From Erysipelotrichaceae bacterium (GTDB taxonomy: Bacteria; Bacillota_I; Bacilli_A; Erysipelotrichales; Erysipelotrichaceae): a stretch of DNA of 64,000 nt. Position numbers and translations under genes: made by a program. The notes under the pieces were generated by a model that searched no databases, was not told where the DNA came from, and saw nothing but the letters and a program-made list of their open reading frames with translations. Positions within the stretch are counted from its first letter, which is position 1. The number at the start of each line of letters is the position of its first letter. The stretch covers positions 875 through 64,874 of the forward strand of contig JAZQIF010000117.1 in assembly GCA_045540935.1 (NCBI GenBank), written 5' to 3'. This document shows positions 45,621-54,164 of the stretch, one piece after another.

Positions 45621-47159
45621 ATGGAAACTGCGGAAAACATTATTGAATTCCGTCACATAACCAAAAGGTTCCCGGGCATCATCGCCTGCAACGATATCAG
45701 CCTGGACATCCGCAAAGGAGAGATCCATGCCCTGCTTGGTGAAAACGGCGCGGGTAAATCCACTTTGATGAGTGTTCTTTTTGGTATGTATACGCCTGAA
45801 GAAGGCAGTATCGCGATCAGGGGGAAAGAAGTCAAGATCACCAATCCGCGTGTCGCAACTGAGCTGGGTATCGGTATGGTGCACCAGCACTTCAAACTCG
45901 TGCAGAACTATTCCGTTCTTCAGAATATCGTATTAGGTTCTGAAACTTTAAAGGGACCGTTCCTCGATATGGACAGCTGCCGTAAGAAAGTCGTCGAACT
46001 TTCACAGAAATACGGTCTGGCAGTCGATCCGGATGCCCTTATCGAAAACATTACAGTCGGTCAGCAGCAGCGCTGTGAGATCCTGAAGATGCTTTACAGA
46101 GATGCCGAGATCCTGATCTTCGATGAACCGACTGCCGTATTAACTCCGCAAGAGATCGATGAACTCATGGAGATCATGAAAGGCCTGGCAAAAGAAGGCC
46201 ACACGATCCTGTTCATCTCACATAAACTCGAAGAGATCAAACGGGTCTCCGACAGAGTCACCGTCTTAAGAAGAGGCAAGCTGATCGAAACGCTCAACGC
46301 CGCCGATACGACGACGACACAGATGGGCGAACTGATGGTCGGCAGGGAAGTTTCCTTCCATGTCGATAAGAAGCCGGCTGAACCGAAAGAAGAAGTATTG
46401 AAAGTCGAACATCTCACGATGATCAACGACGAGACCAAGAAAAAGGTCGTCAATGATGTCTCCTTCTCTGTCAGGAAGGGCGAGATCCTGGCGATCGCCG
46501 GAATCGACGGAAACGGGCAGAGCGAACTGATCTACGGACTCACCGGCATCATGCCGATCGAGGAAGGAAAGATCACGATCAACAAAGAAGACTACACCAA
46601 GAAGTCGATCCGCGAGAGGAATCTCGTGATGTCACATGTTCCGGAAGACCGTCATAAATACGGTCTGATCCTGGATTATCCGCTGTCCTACAACCTGGCT
46701 TTGAAGAACTACTTCAAACCGGAATTCGTTTCCAAGACAGGTTTCCTGAATTTCCACAAATTCGATACCTATGCCGATGAACTGATCGACCGCTTCGATA
46801 TCCGTTCCGGACAGGGTAAGATCACGATGGCCAGATCGATGTCCGGCGGCAACCAGCAGAAAGCGATCGTTGCCAGAGAGATCGACCAGAATGCTGATGT
46901 CTTAGTGGCGGTCCAGCCGACCAGAGGTCTTGATGTCGGCGCCATCGAATTCATTCACAAACAGCTGGTCGAACAAAGAGACAAAGGCAAGGCCGTCTTA
47001 CTGATGTCGTTTGAACTTGATGAGGTCATGGATGTTGCAGACCGTGTGATCGTCATGTTCGAAGGCGAGATCATGGGTGATCTCGATCCGAAGAAAGTAT
47101 CGGTCGAGGAGATGGGCTTATACATGGCCGGTGTCAAGAGAGAGGAGAAAAGCGCATGA
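45621..47159 (+). CDS. ABC importer ATP-binding protein with duplicated NBDs (sugar/nucleoside CUT2 type)
   Basis: First NBD: GENGAGKST, Walker B ILIFDEPTAVL. Second NBD: GIDGNGQSE, LSGGNQQK-like signature SMSGGNQQK. The start is chosen at METAENI, after AAAGGA. Confidence 0.9.
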   Translation: METAENIIEFRHITKRFPGIIACNDISLDIRKGEIHALLGENGAGKSTLMSVLFGMYTPEEGSIAIRGKEVKITNPRVATELGIGMVHQHFKLVQNYSVLQNIVLGSETLKGPFLDMDSCRKKVVELSQKYGLAVDPDALIENITVGQQQRCEILKMLYRDAEILIFDEPTAVLTPQEIDELMEIMKGLAKEGHTILFISHKLEEIKRVSDRVTVLRRGKLIETLNAADTTTTQMGELMVGREVSFHVDKKPAEPKEEVLKVEHLTMINDETKKKVVNDVSFSVRKGEILAIAGIDGNGQSELIYGLTGIMPIEEGKITINKEDYTKKSIRERNLVMSHVPEDRHKYGLILDYPLSYNLALKNYFKPEFVSKTGFLNFHKFDTYADELIDRFDIRSGQGKITMARSMSGGNQQKAIVAREIDQNADVLVAVQPTRGLDVGAIEFIHKQLVEQRDKGKAVLLMSFELDEVMDVADRVIVMFEGEIMGDLDPKKVSVEEMGLYMAGVKREEKSA

Positions 47160-48280
47160 CAGTGAAAGCTAAAAGGAAATTCGATATCACGCGTTATACA
47201 TCTCTTCTGTCATCCCTGGTCGCCGTTGTCGGCGGTCTGATCATCGCATTCGTCGTTCTGATGCTGACAAATCCTTCCAAGGGTCTTTCGGCGTTCACGA
47301 CACTGATCACCGGCGGTTTCCAGCTGGGCGGTCTGAAAAACTTAGGAACTTTATTCTACTTTGCGACACCGATCCTTTGTACCGGTGTTGCGATGTGTGT
47401 CGCTTTCCAGGCCGGTATCTTCAATATCGGCGGACCTGGCCAGTATTCGGTCGGTGCTCTGGCAGCGATCTTAACATCCTTGTATTTCTCAAAGGATCTT
47501 CCGGCACCTCTGACCTGGATCGTTCCTTTGATCGTCGCAACCATTGCCGGTGCTTTATGGGCTCTCATCCCGGGCATCTTAAAGGCATACTTCAACGTCA
47601 ACGTCGTCATCGGTACCATCATGTTCAACTACATCGAGATGTACTACATGATGCACTGGATCAATGACTACTGCTATGATGCGATGAAAGGTCAGACAAA
47701 GGCCATCCCGGCACAATGCAAACTGCCGCAGGCCTTCATGCCTGCGATCACCGCAAACAAGACGGCCGATATCGGCATCATCATCGCAATATTGGTCGCG
47801 GTCTGTGCCTGGGTCCTGCTGGAAAAAACGAAACTGGGTTATGAACTGAAAGCCTGCGGTAAGAATGCCGAAGCTTCCAGATATGCGGGTATCAAGTCCA
47901 AGAGGAACATCATGATCTCGATCTTACTGTCCGGTGCGCTTTGCGGACTGGGCGGCGGTCTGACGCACTTATCGGCTTCCGGTACGTATATCACGATGAA
48001 GGAACAGCTGGCTGCCGAAGGCTTCAACGGTATCGCGGTCTGCTGTCTTGCGAATAACTCACCGTTAGGTGCCATTTTAGGTGCCTTGTTCCTGGCGTTC
48101 TTAACAGTCGGCGGCAACTATATGCAGATCTTCGGTTTCCAGAGAGAGATCGTTTCCGTCATCACGTCCGTCATCATCTATTTCGCGGCATTCTCTTTGT
48201 TCTTGAAGCAGATGCTGGAAAAGATGCTGATCCGCCAGACCAAGGAAATAAACAAAGTCACAGGAGAGGAGCTCAAATAG
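47156..48280 (+). CDS. ABC importer permease (BMP/CUT2 system)
   Basis: 374 aa, about 9-10 TM helices. ATGA overlap with the ATPase gene. Confidence 0.85.
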   Translation: MTVKAKRKFDITRYTSLLSSLVAVVGGLIIAFVVLMLTNPSKGLSAFTTLITGGFQLGGLKNLGTLFYFATPILCTGVAMCVAFQAGIFNIGGPGQYSVGALAAILTSLYFSKDLPAPLTWIVPLIVATIAGALWALIPGILKAYFNVNVVIGTIMFNYIEMYYMMHWINDYCYDAMKGQTKAIPAQCKLPQAFMPAITANKTADIGIIIAILVAVCAWVLLEKTKLGYELKACGKNAEASRYAGIKSKRNIMISILLSGALCGLGGGLTHLSASGTYITMKEQLAAEGFNGIAVCCLANNSPLGAILGALFLAFLTVGGNYMQIFGFQREIVSVITSVIIYFAAFSLFLKQMLEKMLIRQTKEINKVTGEELK

Positions 48281-48281
48281 T

Positions 48282-49238
48282 ATGGAAATGTTGTATTTTA
48301 TCGCACGCTATTTCATGTATTTCTTCATTCCGCTCCTGGTCGTTTCCATCAGCGGCATGTTCTCTGAACGAAGCGGTGTCATCCATATGGGTCTGGATTC
48401 CGTCATGGTATGGTCCTGTATGTGGGGCGTGCTTTGTCTGCAATGGCTCGATGGGGTCGTAGCCGGCCAGCTGCGTCTGATCATCGCTCTGTTATTTGCC
48501 GGGGTCATGGGCGTCTTGCTGACACTGCTATTGGCAGTGGCGGCAGTCAACTTAAATGCCGATCAGACGATCGTCGGTATGGCCATGAATACCTTTGCGC
48601 CGGCCTTCTGTATCTTCTTTGCCAGAGTCTTACAGAACGGTTCGGAGCACCTGTCCATCCGCAATGACTTCCTGATCGAACGTATCCCGGTACTTGCCGA
48701 TATCCCGATCATCGGTCCGATGTTCTTCACGAGAACGTATATCACCAACTTTATCGGAATCGTGATCTTCATTATTTCGGCGATCATCCTCAACAAGACG
48801 AGATTCGGTCTTCGTATGTGTGCATGCGGTGAGAATCCGCAGGCTGCCGAATCTTTGGGTGTCAACGTACAGAAGTACAGATATGCCGCTTTGATCATTG
48901 CCGGTTTCATCGGCGGTATGGGCGGTCTGATGTACATCATTCCGGTCGCGACTCACTATTCGCAGACTGTCGGCGGTTACGGTTATCTGGCGATGTCCGT
49001 TCTGATCTTTGGTCAGTGGCGTTCCATTCCGCTTCTGGGAGCGGCAGCGTTCTTCGCTTTCTGCAAGACGATCGCCAATGCCTATTCCGGTATCCCGCTT
49101 CTTGCCAATCTGGGACTTCCGGCTGCCTTCTATAAGAGCCTTCCGTTCATCGTCACACTGATCGCTTTGGCCATCACGTCGAAACACGACCATGCGCCGA
49201 AAGCTTCCGGTCAGCCGTACGATAAATCGATGCGCTGA
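48282..49238 (+). CDS. ABC importer permease (BMP/CUT2 system)
   Basis: 318 aa polytopic protein. The start is 1 nt after the upstream stop. RBS GGAGAGGAG. Confidence 0.85.
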   Translation: MEMLYFIARYFMYFFIPLLVVSISGMFSERSGVIHMGLDSVMVWSCMWGVLCLQWLDGVVAGQLRLIIALLFAGVMGVLLTLLLAVAAVNLNADQTIVGMAMNTFAPAFCIFFARVLQNGSEHLSIRNDFLIERIPVLADIPIIGPMFFTRTYITNFIGIVIFIISAIILNKTRFGLRMCACGENPQAAESLGVNVQKYRYAALIIAGFIGGMGGLMYIIPVATHYSQTVGGYGYLAMSVLIFGQWRSIPLLGAAAFFAFCKTIANAYSGIPLLANLGLPAAFYKSLPFIVTLIALAITSKHDHAPKASGQPYDKSMR

Positions 49239-49253
49239 TCCATACGGATATCT

Positions 49254-49291
49254 CCGCAGTCTCATCGGCGATGATGGGACTGCGGTTTTTT
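49254..49291 (+). terminator. intrinsic terminator of the BMP ABC operon
   Basis: CCGCAGTC, 16-nt loop, GACTGCGG, followed by TTTTTT. Confidence 0.75.
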
Positions 49292-49375
49292 AACGCAAGC
49301 CTGAATTCATCTCCGCCTTTACACTTTGAAAGAGGACGGGGACTTCTTCGGGCTTGCGTTAAAAACATTCAGATA

Positions 49376-49408
49376 AGCCGGAGCGATCCGGCTTTTCTCT
49401 GTTTTGTG
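49376..49408 (+). terminator. second terminator about 100 nt downstream
   Basis: AGCCGGA-gcga-TCCGGCT followed by TTTCTCTGTTTTG. Confidence 0.55.
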
Positions 49409-49548
49409 TTATCATCGATTTAGAACGAAGAGAAATCTTGTGCTGCCGGCTTTGATGTTGTTTTGAGCGGCTGTGTTTTAAAGCAGGCGTATGATCATGG
49501 CCGGGGCATCTTTTCCTGACATAATGATCGATAAAAAAGAGGTGTTTT

Positions 49549-50319
49549 ATGACGAAAAAGAAGAAAAGATCCGGCATTTGGAAGATCGTACTTGCCATAC
49601 TGGCACTTTTTCTCGTGCTATGCGCAGGCAGCGTCTTTTATCTTTACAACAAGATCAATGATGTCGGCAAATACCAGGATAAGTTTTCTTATGACTATAA
49701 GACACTGATCGCTGAGAATGAAGGCCATGAGTTCAAAGACTGCATCTTCTATGACAGGGACGCGATGGTCTTTGAGTATACGGTACCGATGTATTACCTC
49801 TATGAGATCATCAACGAAGACTCGATGGCAAAGAAACTCGGTCTGCCGGAAGAACTCGAGATCGCCAAGGTGGGCATCGAGCCTCGTTTTGAAGATAAGC
49901 AGATCGATATCTATCTTTCTGTCAAATATCGCAATCTTATCAATACCTGTCTGCTGATAAAGACGGATCTCTCCGTTTCGGATGACAGAAGGCAGGCACA
50001 GCTTTCTTTCAATGACTTCTTCGTCATCGATGAAAATGTGACGGAACACCTGCGGGAAAGCGTACAGCTGGAAAAAGGAACGGTTTTATTCACACACCGT
50101 TTCCCGGTCTTCGTGCCGTATTACCGGATGCCGGATTATCGGCCGGAACATATCCACGATCTGACTTATGATGGGGAAAATATCTGTGCAAAATATGACA
50201 TTGCCGGGGCAATGAAGGACTATCTTGCGGAAACCGAATACAACGAAGATCCTTTCGATGTCTGCATGGAAAAGATCGATCTGGAAGTGCGCATGAACTC
50301 AATAGCTCACAGCAACTAA
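49549..50319 (+). CDS. hypothetical N-terminally membrane-anchored protein
   Basis: MTKKKKRSGIWKIVLAILALFLVLCAG anchor. RBS AAGAGG. I recognise no family. Confidence 0.4.
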   Translation: MTKKKKRSGIWKIVLAILALFLVLCAGSVFYLYNKINDVGKYQDKFSYDYKTLIAENEGHEFKDCIFYDRDAMVFEYTVPMYYLYEIINEDSMAKKLGLPEELEIAKVGIEPRFEDKQIDIYLSVKYRNLINTCLLIKTDLSVSDDRRQAQLSFNDFFVIDENVTEHLRESVQLEKGTVLFTHRFPVFVPYYRMPDYRPEHIHDLTYDGENICAKYDIAGAMKDYLAETEYNEDPFDVCMEKIDLEVRMNSIAHSN

Positions 50320-50355
50320 TGTATAATAGGGATTGTAAATGAGGAGTATTATCGC

Positions 50356-50868
50356 ATGAAAACACTGGTCGCTTATTTTTCGCATATCGGAGAAAATCTT
50401 CAGGACAACGAGATCGTTGAACTGAAAAAGGGAAATACGGAAGTCGTCGCGGAAAAGATCGCCGCTCTGACCGGCGCAGATCTTTACAAGATCGAAGAAG
50501 ACGAACCGTATCCTTTCAAGTATGATGACTGTCTGAAAAGAGCGAGAAGAGAAGATGAAAACAACGAACATCCGGCCATGAAAGGCGGTGTCCGTCTCAA
50601 CATGGATGAATATGATCAGATCTACATCGGTTTCCCGATCTGGTATCGCACGTATCCAAGAGTCGTCGCCACATTCCTGGAGTCCTATGATTTTTCCGGC
50701 AAGATCGTTTATCCGTTCTGCACCAACGATGAAGGTACCTTCGGTATCTCTTTGCTTGAGATGCAGGGCGTATTGAAGGGCGCCGAGATCACCGATGGTC
50801 TGGCCATACGCGGTGTCAATGTCAATGATTCCGACGGACGCATCCGTTCTTTCGTAGGTCTGTTATGA
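50356..50868 (+). CDS. flavodoxin-like protein (Flavodoxin_4 type)
   Basis: MKTLVAYFSHIGEN...YIGFPIWYRTYP...YPFCTNDEG pattern. 170 aa. Confidence 0.7.
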   Translation: MKTLVAYFSHIGENLQDNEIVELKKGNTEVVAEKIAALTGADLYKIEEDEPYPFKYDDCLKRARREDENNEHPAMKGGVRLNMDEYDQIYIGFPIWYRTYPRVVATFLESYDFSGKIVYPFCTNDEGTFGISLLEMQGVLKGAEITDGLAIRGVNVNDSDGRIRSFVGLL

Positions 50869-51695
50869 AAAGGAAAGACGCTGTTTTACTGAACGATCCC
50901 GATCCGTTTCATTCGATCGTTCCTTACGTCATGCCGAAGCGCACGGAGGCGGAAGTATCCACTGAAGTGACCTTCGACATCACGAAGCTTCTTGAATTCA
51001 TCAAAAAGCACAACGAGGAATACGGGACCAACTACAAACTTTTCCATTGCATCTGCATGGCGGTCGCCAAGACGATCTATCACCGTCCGAAGATGAATAT
51101 CTTCGTCGCCGGCCGCAAGTTCTGGCAAAGGAATGACATCACCCTGTCTTTCGTTGCCAAACAGAAATTCGCCGATGAAGCACAGGAAACTCTGATGACC
51201 TTGAAGGTCACACCGGACATGGACCTCGATCAGGTATCGAAGATCATCCTGGGTGACGTGAAAAAGGCAAGAAGTTCCGGCACCAATTCGCTGGATAAGA
51301 CGATGGACCTGGTCGGAAAACTTCCGAGATTCGTTCTGGAGATCTTCTTCTGGATCCTTTCGAGGATGGAATACCATGGCATTTATCCGCAGGATCTGGC
51401 CAAAGGCGATCCCAATTATACGACCTGTCTTTTATCCAACCTGGGTTCGATCGGCGCCGATAACTGCTATCACCATCTGTCCAACTTCGGCACCAATTCG
51501 ATGATGGGCACCATCGGTACGATGTACAAGGAAGATGGAAGAGACAAGGTGAATATGACCATCACCCTTGATGAAAGGATCGCGGATGGCTTCTATTTTG
51601 CCAAATCGCTGAAATTAATGAAATATATCCTGGAGGATCCGGAAATGCTGATGTCAAAGGTCGACGATCCGGTCCCGGAAGATATCGCAAAGTAG
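50865..51695 (+). CDS. stand-alone 2-oxoacid dehydrogenase E2 / CAT-like acyltransferase catalytic-domain protein with His-to-Glu change
   Basis: C-terminal TLDERIADGFYFAKSLKLMKYILEDP aligns to the E2 motif DHRxxDG, and TCLLSNLGSIG aligns to the E2 TISNLG block. There is no lipoyl domain. ATGA overlap with the flavodoxin gene. Confidence 0.65.
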   Translation: MKRKDAVLLNDPDPFHSIVPYVMPKRTEAEVSTEVTFDITKLLEFIKKHNEEYGTNYKLFHCICMAVAKTIYHRPKMNIFVAGRKFWQRNDITLSFVAKQKFADEAQETLMTLKVTPDMDLDQVSKIILGDVKKARSSGTNSLDKTMDLVGKLPRFVLEIFFWILSRMEYHGIYPQDLAKGDPNYTTCLLSNLGSIGADNCYHHLSNFGTNSMMGTIGTMYKEDGRDKVNMTITLDERIADGFYFAKSLKLMKYILEDPEMLMSKVDDPVPEDIAK

Positions 51696-51719
51696 CCGCT
51701 GCAAGCGGCTTTTGTTTTG
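51694..51719 (+). terminator. intrinsic terminator
   Basis: AGCCGCT-gca-AGCGGCT followed by TTTGTTTTG. Confidence 0.65.
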
Positions 51720-51796
51720 TTAGGGAGTTTTATTATTCAAGACGGACGATTTCCGCTATAATGAAAGAGGTTACATTTAAGGAGATTTTGTATCAT

Positions 51797-53203
51797 ATGA
51801 CAAAGATCGAGAAAGAAAAGCGTGAGCTGGAACGTCTGGAGAAAGCGGAAGCTTTTCACAATCACAAACACTACTTTGCGATACTGATCGTCGTGTTGAG
51901 TATCGTCTACATCGTCGATGAGCTGGCTTCTTCCGTAAGAGGTGTCGTAGAAGTCCAGACCATCCGCGATCTGTTCAACGTCGTCTATCCGTCTTCGGAT
52001 TATGACAAGGCAACGGCAACGCTGGGTTTCGTCACGATGGCCGGCTATCTGTCTTATCTGATCTCGCCGTTCTACAAGTCACTGGCTGACCGCTGGGGCA
52101 GAAAACCGTTTTTGATCATCAACACCTTGGGTATGGGTGTCGGCATGCTGCTGTGCATCATATCGAAGTCGGTCGCGATCTACATCATCGGTACGGTCGT
52201 ACTGACATTCTTTACGCCGAACGATGTACAGGTCATCTATATCATGGAATGTGCTCCGACAGAGCACCGCGCAAAGCTGTGTTCGATCACCAAGGGTCTG
52301 GCACTGATCTCGGTATCTTCACTGGGACTTTTCGTCAAGCTCTTCGTCAACGATGCCGTACCTAGCACCTGGCGCAACGTCTTCATCATTCCGATCATCC
52401 TGGCTTTCCTGATCGGCTTTGCGGCGATCTACTTCGTATCCGAGACTCCTGTCTTTACGCAGAGAAGACTCAAATATTTGAGAAGCACGGAAGAAGAAAG
52501 GATGGAAGCCATCAAAGAAGAACGTGCCAATGAAGAAAAAGAGAAAGAAAAGGCCGTTTCCGTCTGGGATGCCTTCAAATATATCCTCGGTCACAAACAG
52601 ACCAGAGCCGTCGCTTTGGTCGCACTGCTGATGATGTTCTCGACCGGTTATACCGGCAAGTACCAGCCGATGCTGGAAGCAGGAAGATACAACGGTGTCA
52701 TGACGACCGATGCGATCAACATCATTTTGATGTTCTATCCTCTGATCAACGGTGTCTTCACGATCCTGGGCGGTTTCATCACCGATGCCTTAGGCCGTAA
52801 GAAGTCCGCTCTGATCCTCGGCTTATGGGCTGCGGTGGGCCTGGGCATCTTCGCGTATGGCTGCATCCGTCCTTTGAATCCGTGGATCATGGGTCTTGCC
52901 TATGGTATCTCGATCGCCGGCTTATGGTCGATCTCCGATATGATCTTCTTTGTCATCACGTCCGAGTCCACACCGACGCAGATGCGTGCTTCCGTTGTCG
53001 GATCCATGCAGCTGATCGGCATGTTCGGTGTCGGTTTCAATATGGTCTACAACAACGTCGTTACGATGCTGGCCGGTTCTACCAACCTGCCGGTGGTCTT
53101 AACGATCGCATATCTGCCTTTGATGGCCATCGCACTCATCATCATGATGCTGCGCGTCAAAGAGACCAAGGGCGTCGATCTGGAGAATGTCCAGGTAGAT
53201 TAA
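51797..53203 (+). CDS. MFS transporter
   Basis: About 12 TM helices, the LADRWGRKP motif after TM2, and a charged central loop (EEERMEAIKEERANEEKEKEK). The start is chosen at MTKIEKEK, after AAGGAG; the ORF is open from 51761. Confidence 0.75.
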   Translation: MTKIEKEKRELERLEKAEAFHNHKHYFAILIVVLSIVYIVDELASSVRGVVEVQTIRDLFNVVYPSSDYDKATATLGFVTMAGYLSYLISPFYKSLADRWGRKPFLIINTLGMGVGMLLCIISKSVAIYIIGTVVLTFFTPNDVQVIYIMECAPTEHRAKLCSITKGLALISVSSLGLFVKLFVNDAVPSTWRNVFIIPIILAFLIGFAAIYFVSETPVFTQRRLKYLRSTEEERMEAIKEERANEEKEKEKAVSVWDAFKYILGHKQTRAVALVALLMMFSTGYTGKYQPMLEAGRYNGVMTTDAINIILMFYPLINGVFTILGGFITDALGRKKSALILGLWAAVGLGIFAYGCIRPLNPWIMGLAYGISIAGLWSISDMIFFVITSESTPTQMRASVVGSMQLIGMFGVGFNMVYNNVVTMLAGSTNLPVVLTIAYLPLMAIALIIMMLRVKETKGVDLENVQVD

Positions 53204-53204
53204 G

Positions 53205-54164
53205 ATGTTCTGGGTATTACTGGTACTTATCATCCTGCTGCTCATCGCTTTAGCAGCAGGATTTGTCATCTTCAATTCGGTCTTTCTTTACAACGACCAG
53301 AACAAAGGGGATACGACTTCGGCTTTAGATCCCGATTCCATCGATTCACCGACCGATCTGATGCGGCCGACGGCGGCGAGATATTATGCGTATCGGGCAC
53401 CGATGATCGAGAAGTTCGACAAACTCGATTTCAAGGAACTTTCGATCACTTCTTTTGATGACCTCAAACTGTACGGCTATCTGATCGAAGGCGATCCGAA
53501 GGAAGTCGTCATCTGTGTCCATGGCTACAAATCTTCGATGCAGGAAGACTTTGCGGATCGTGTCAACATCTATCTCAAGAGAGGTTCGACCATCCTTCTT
53601 CTCAACGATCGGGCACATGGCAAGTCGGAAGGCAAGTATCTCGGCTTCTCTGAGCACGACAAGCGTGACGTGGCCAAGTGGGTCGATCTGATCAACGAGA
53701 TGTATGATGAACCTAACATCTATTTACATGGCGTCTCCATGGGCGGAGCGACGGTCATCCATTGTGCAGATTCGGGCTTAAAGAACGTAAAAGGCATCAT
53801 CGATGACTGCGGATTCGACTCTATCGTTGGCATCTCCAAATATCTGATCAAAGATGTCTATCATATGCCGTACTTCCCGTTCGGGTATCTGGCCTGGTTC
53901 TGGTCGATGATCATTACCGGTGTCAGCTTCAACACTTCGATGGGCGAAGAGTGCGTGGCACACACCGATATTCCGATCCTGTTCATCCATGGCAAGGAAG
54001 ATCACTTCGTTCCTTGTTTCATGTCGGAAAAGATGTACGAAGCCTGTGTTTCGCCAAAGGAACTGCACCTGATCGAAGGGTGTGGTCATGCGGCAGCTTA
54101 CATGATGGCGACGGAAGAATATGAACAGGCAGTCTATCGTCTGATGAACGGAGGTTTCAAATGA
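53205..54164 (+). CDS. membrane-anchored alpha/beta hydrolase
   Basis: N-terminal TM helix, HGYKSS, the nucleophile elbow GVSMGG, and a C-terminal GCGHAAAY His block. Confidence 0.75.
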   Translation: MFWVLLVLIILLLIALAAGFVIFNSVFLYNDQNKGDTTSALDPDSIDSPTDLMRPTAARYYAYRAPMIEKFDKLDFKELSITSFDDLKLYGYLIEGDPKEVVICVHGYKSSMQEDFADRVNIYLKRGSTILLLNDRAHGKSEGKYLGFSEHDKRDVAKWVDLINEMYDEPNIYLHGVSMGGATVIHCADSGLKNVKGIIDDCGFDSIVGISKYLIKDVYHMPYFPFGYLAWFWSMIITGVSFNTSMGEECVAHTDIPILFIHGKEDHFVPCFMSEKMYEACVSPKELHLIEGCGHAAAYMMATEEYEQAVYRLMNGGFK

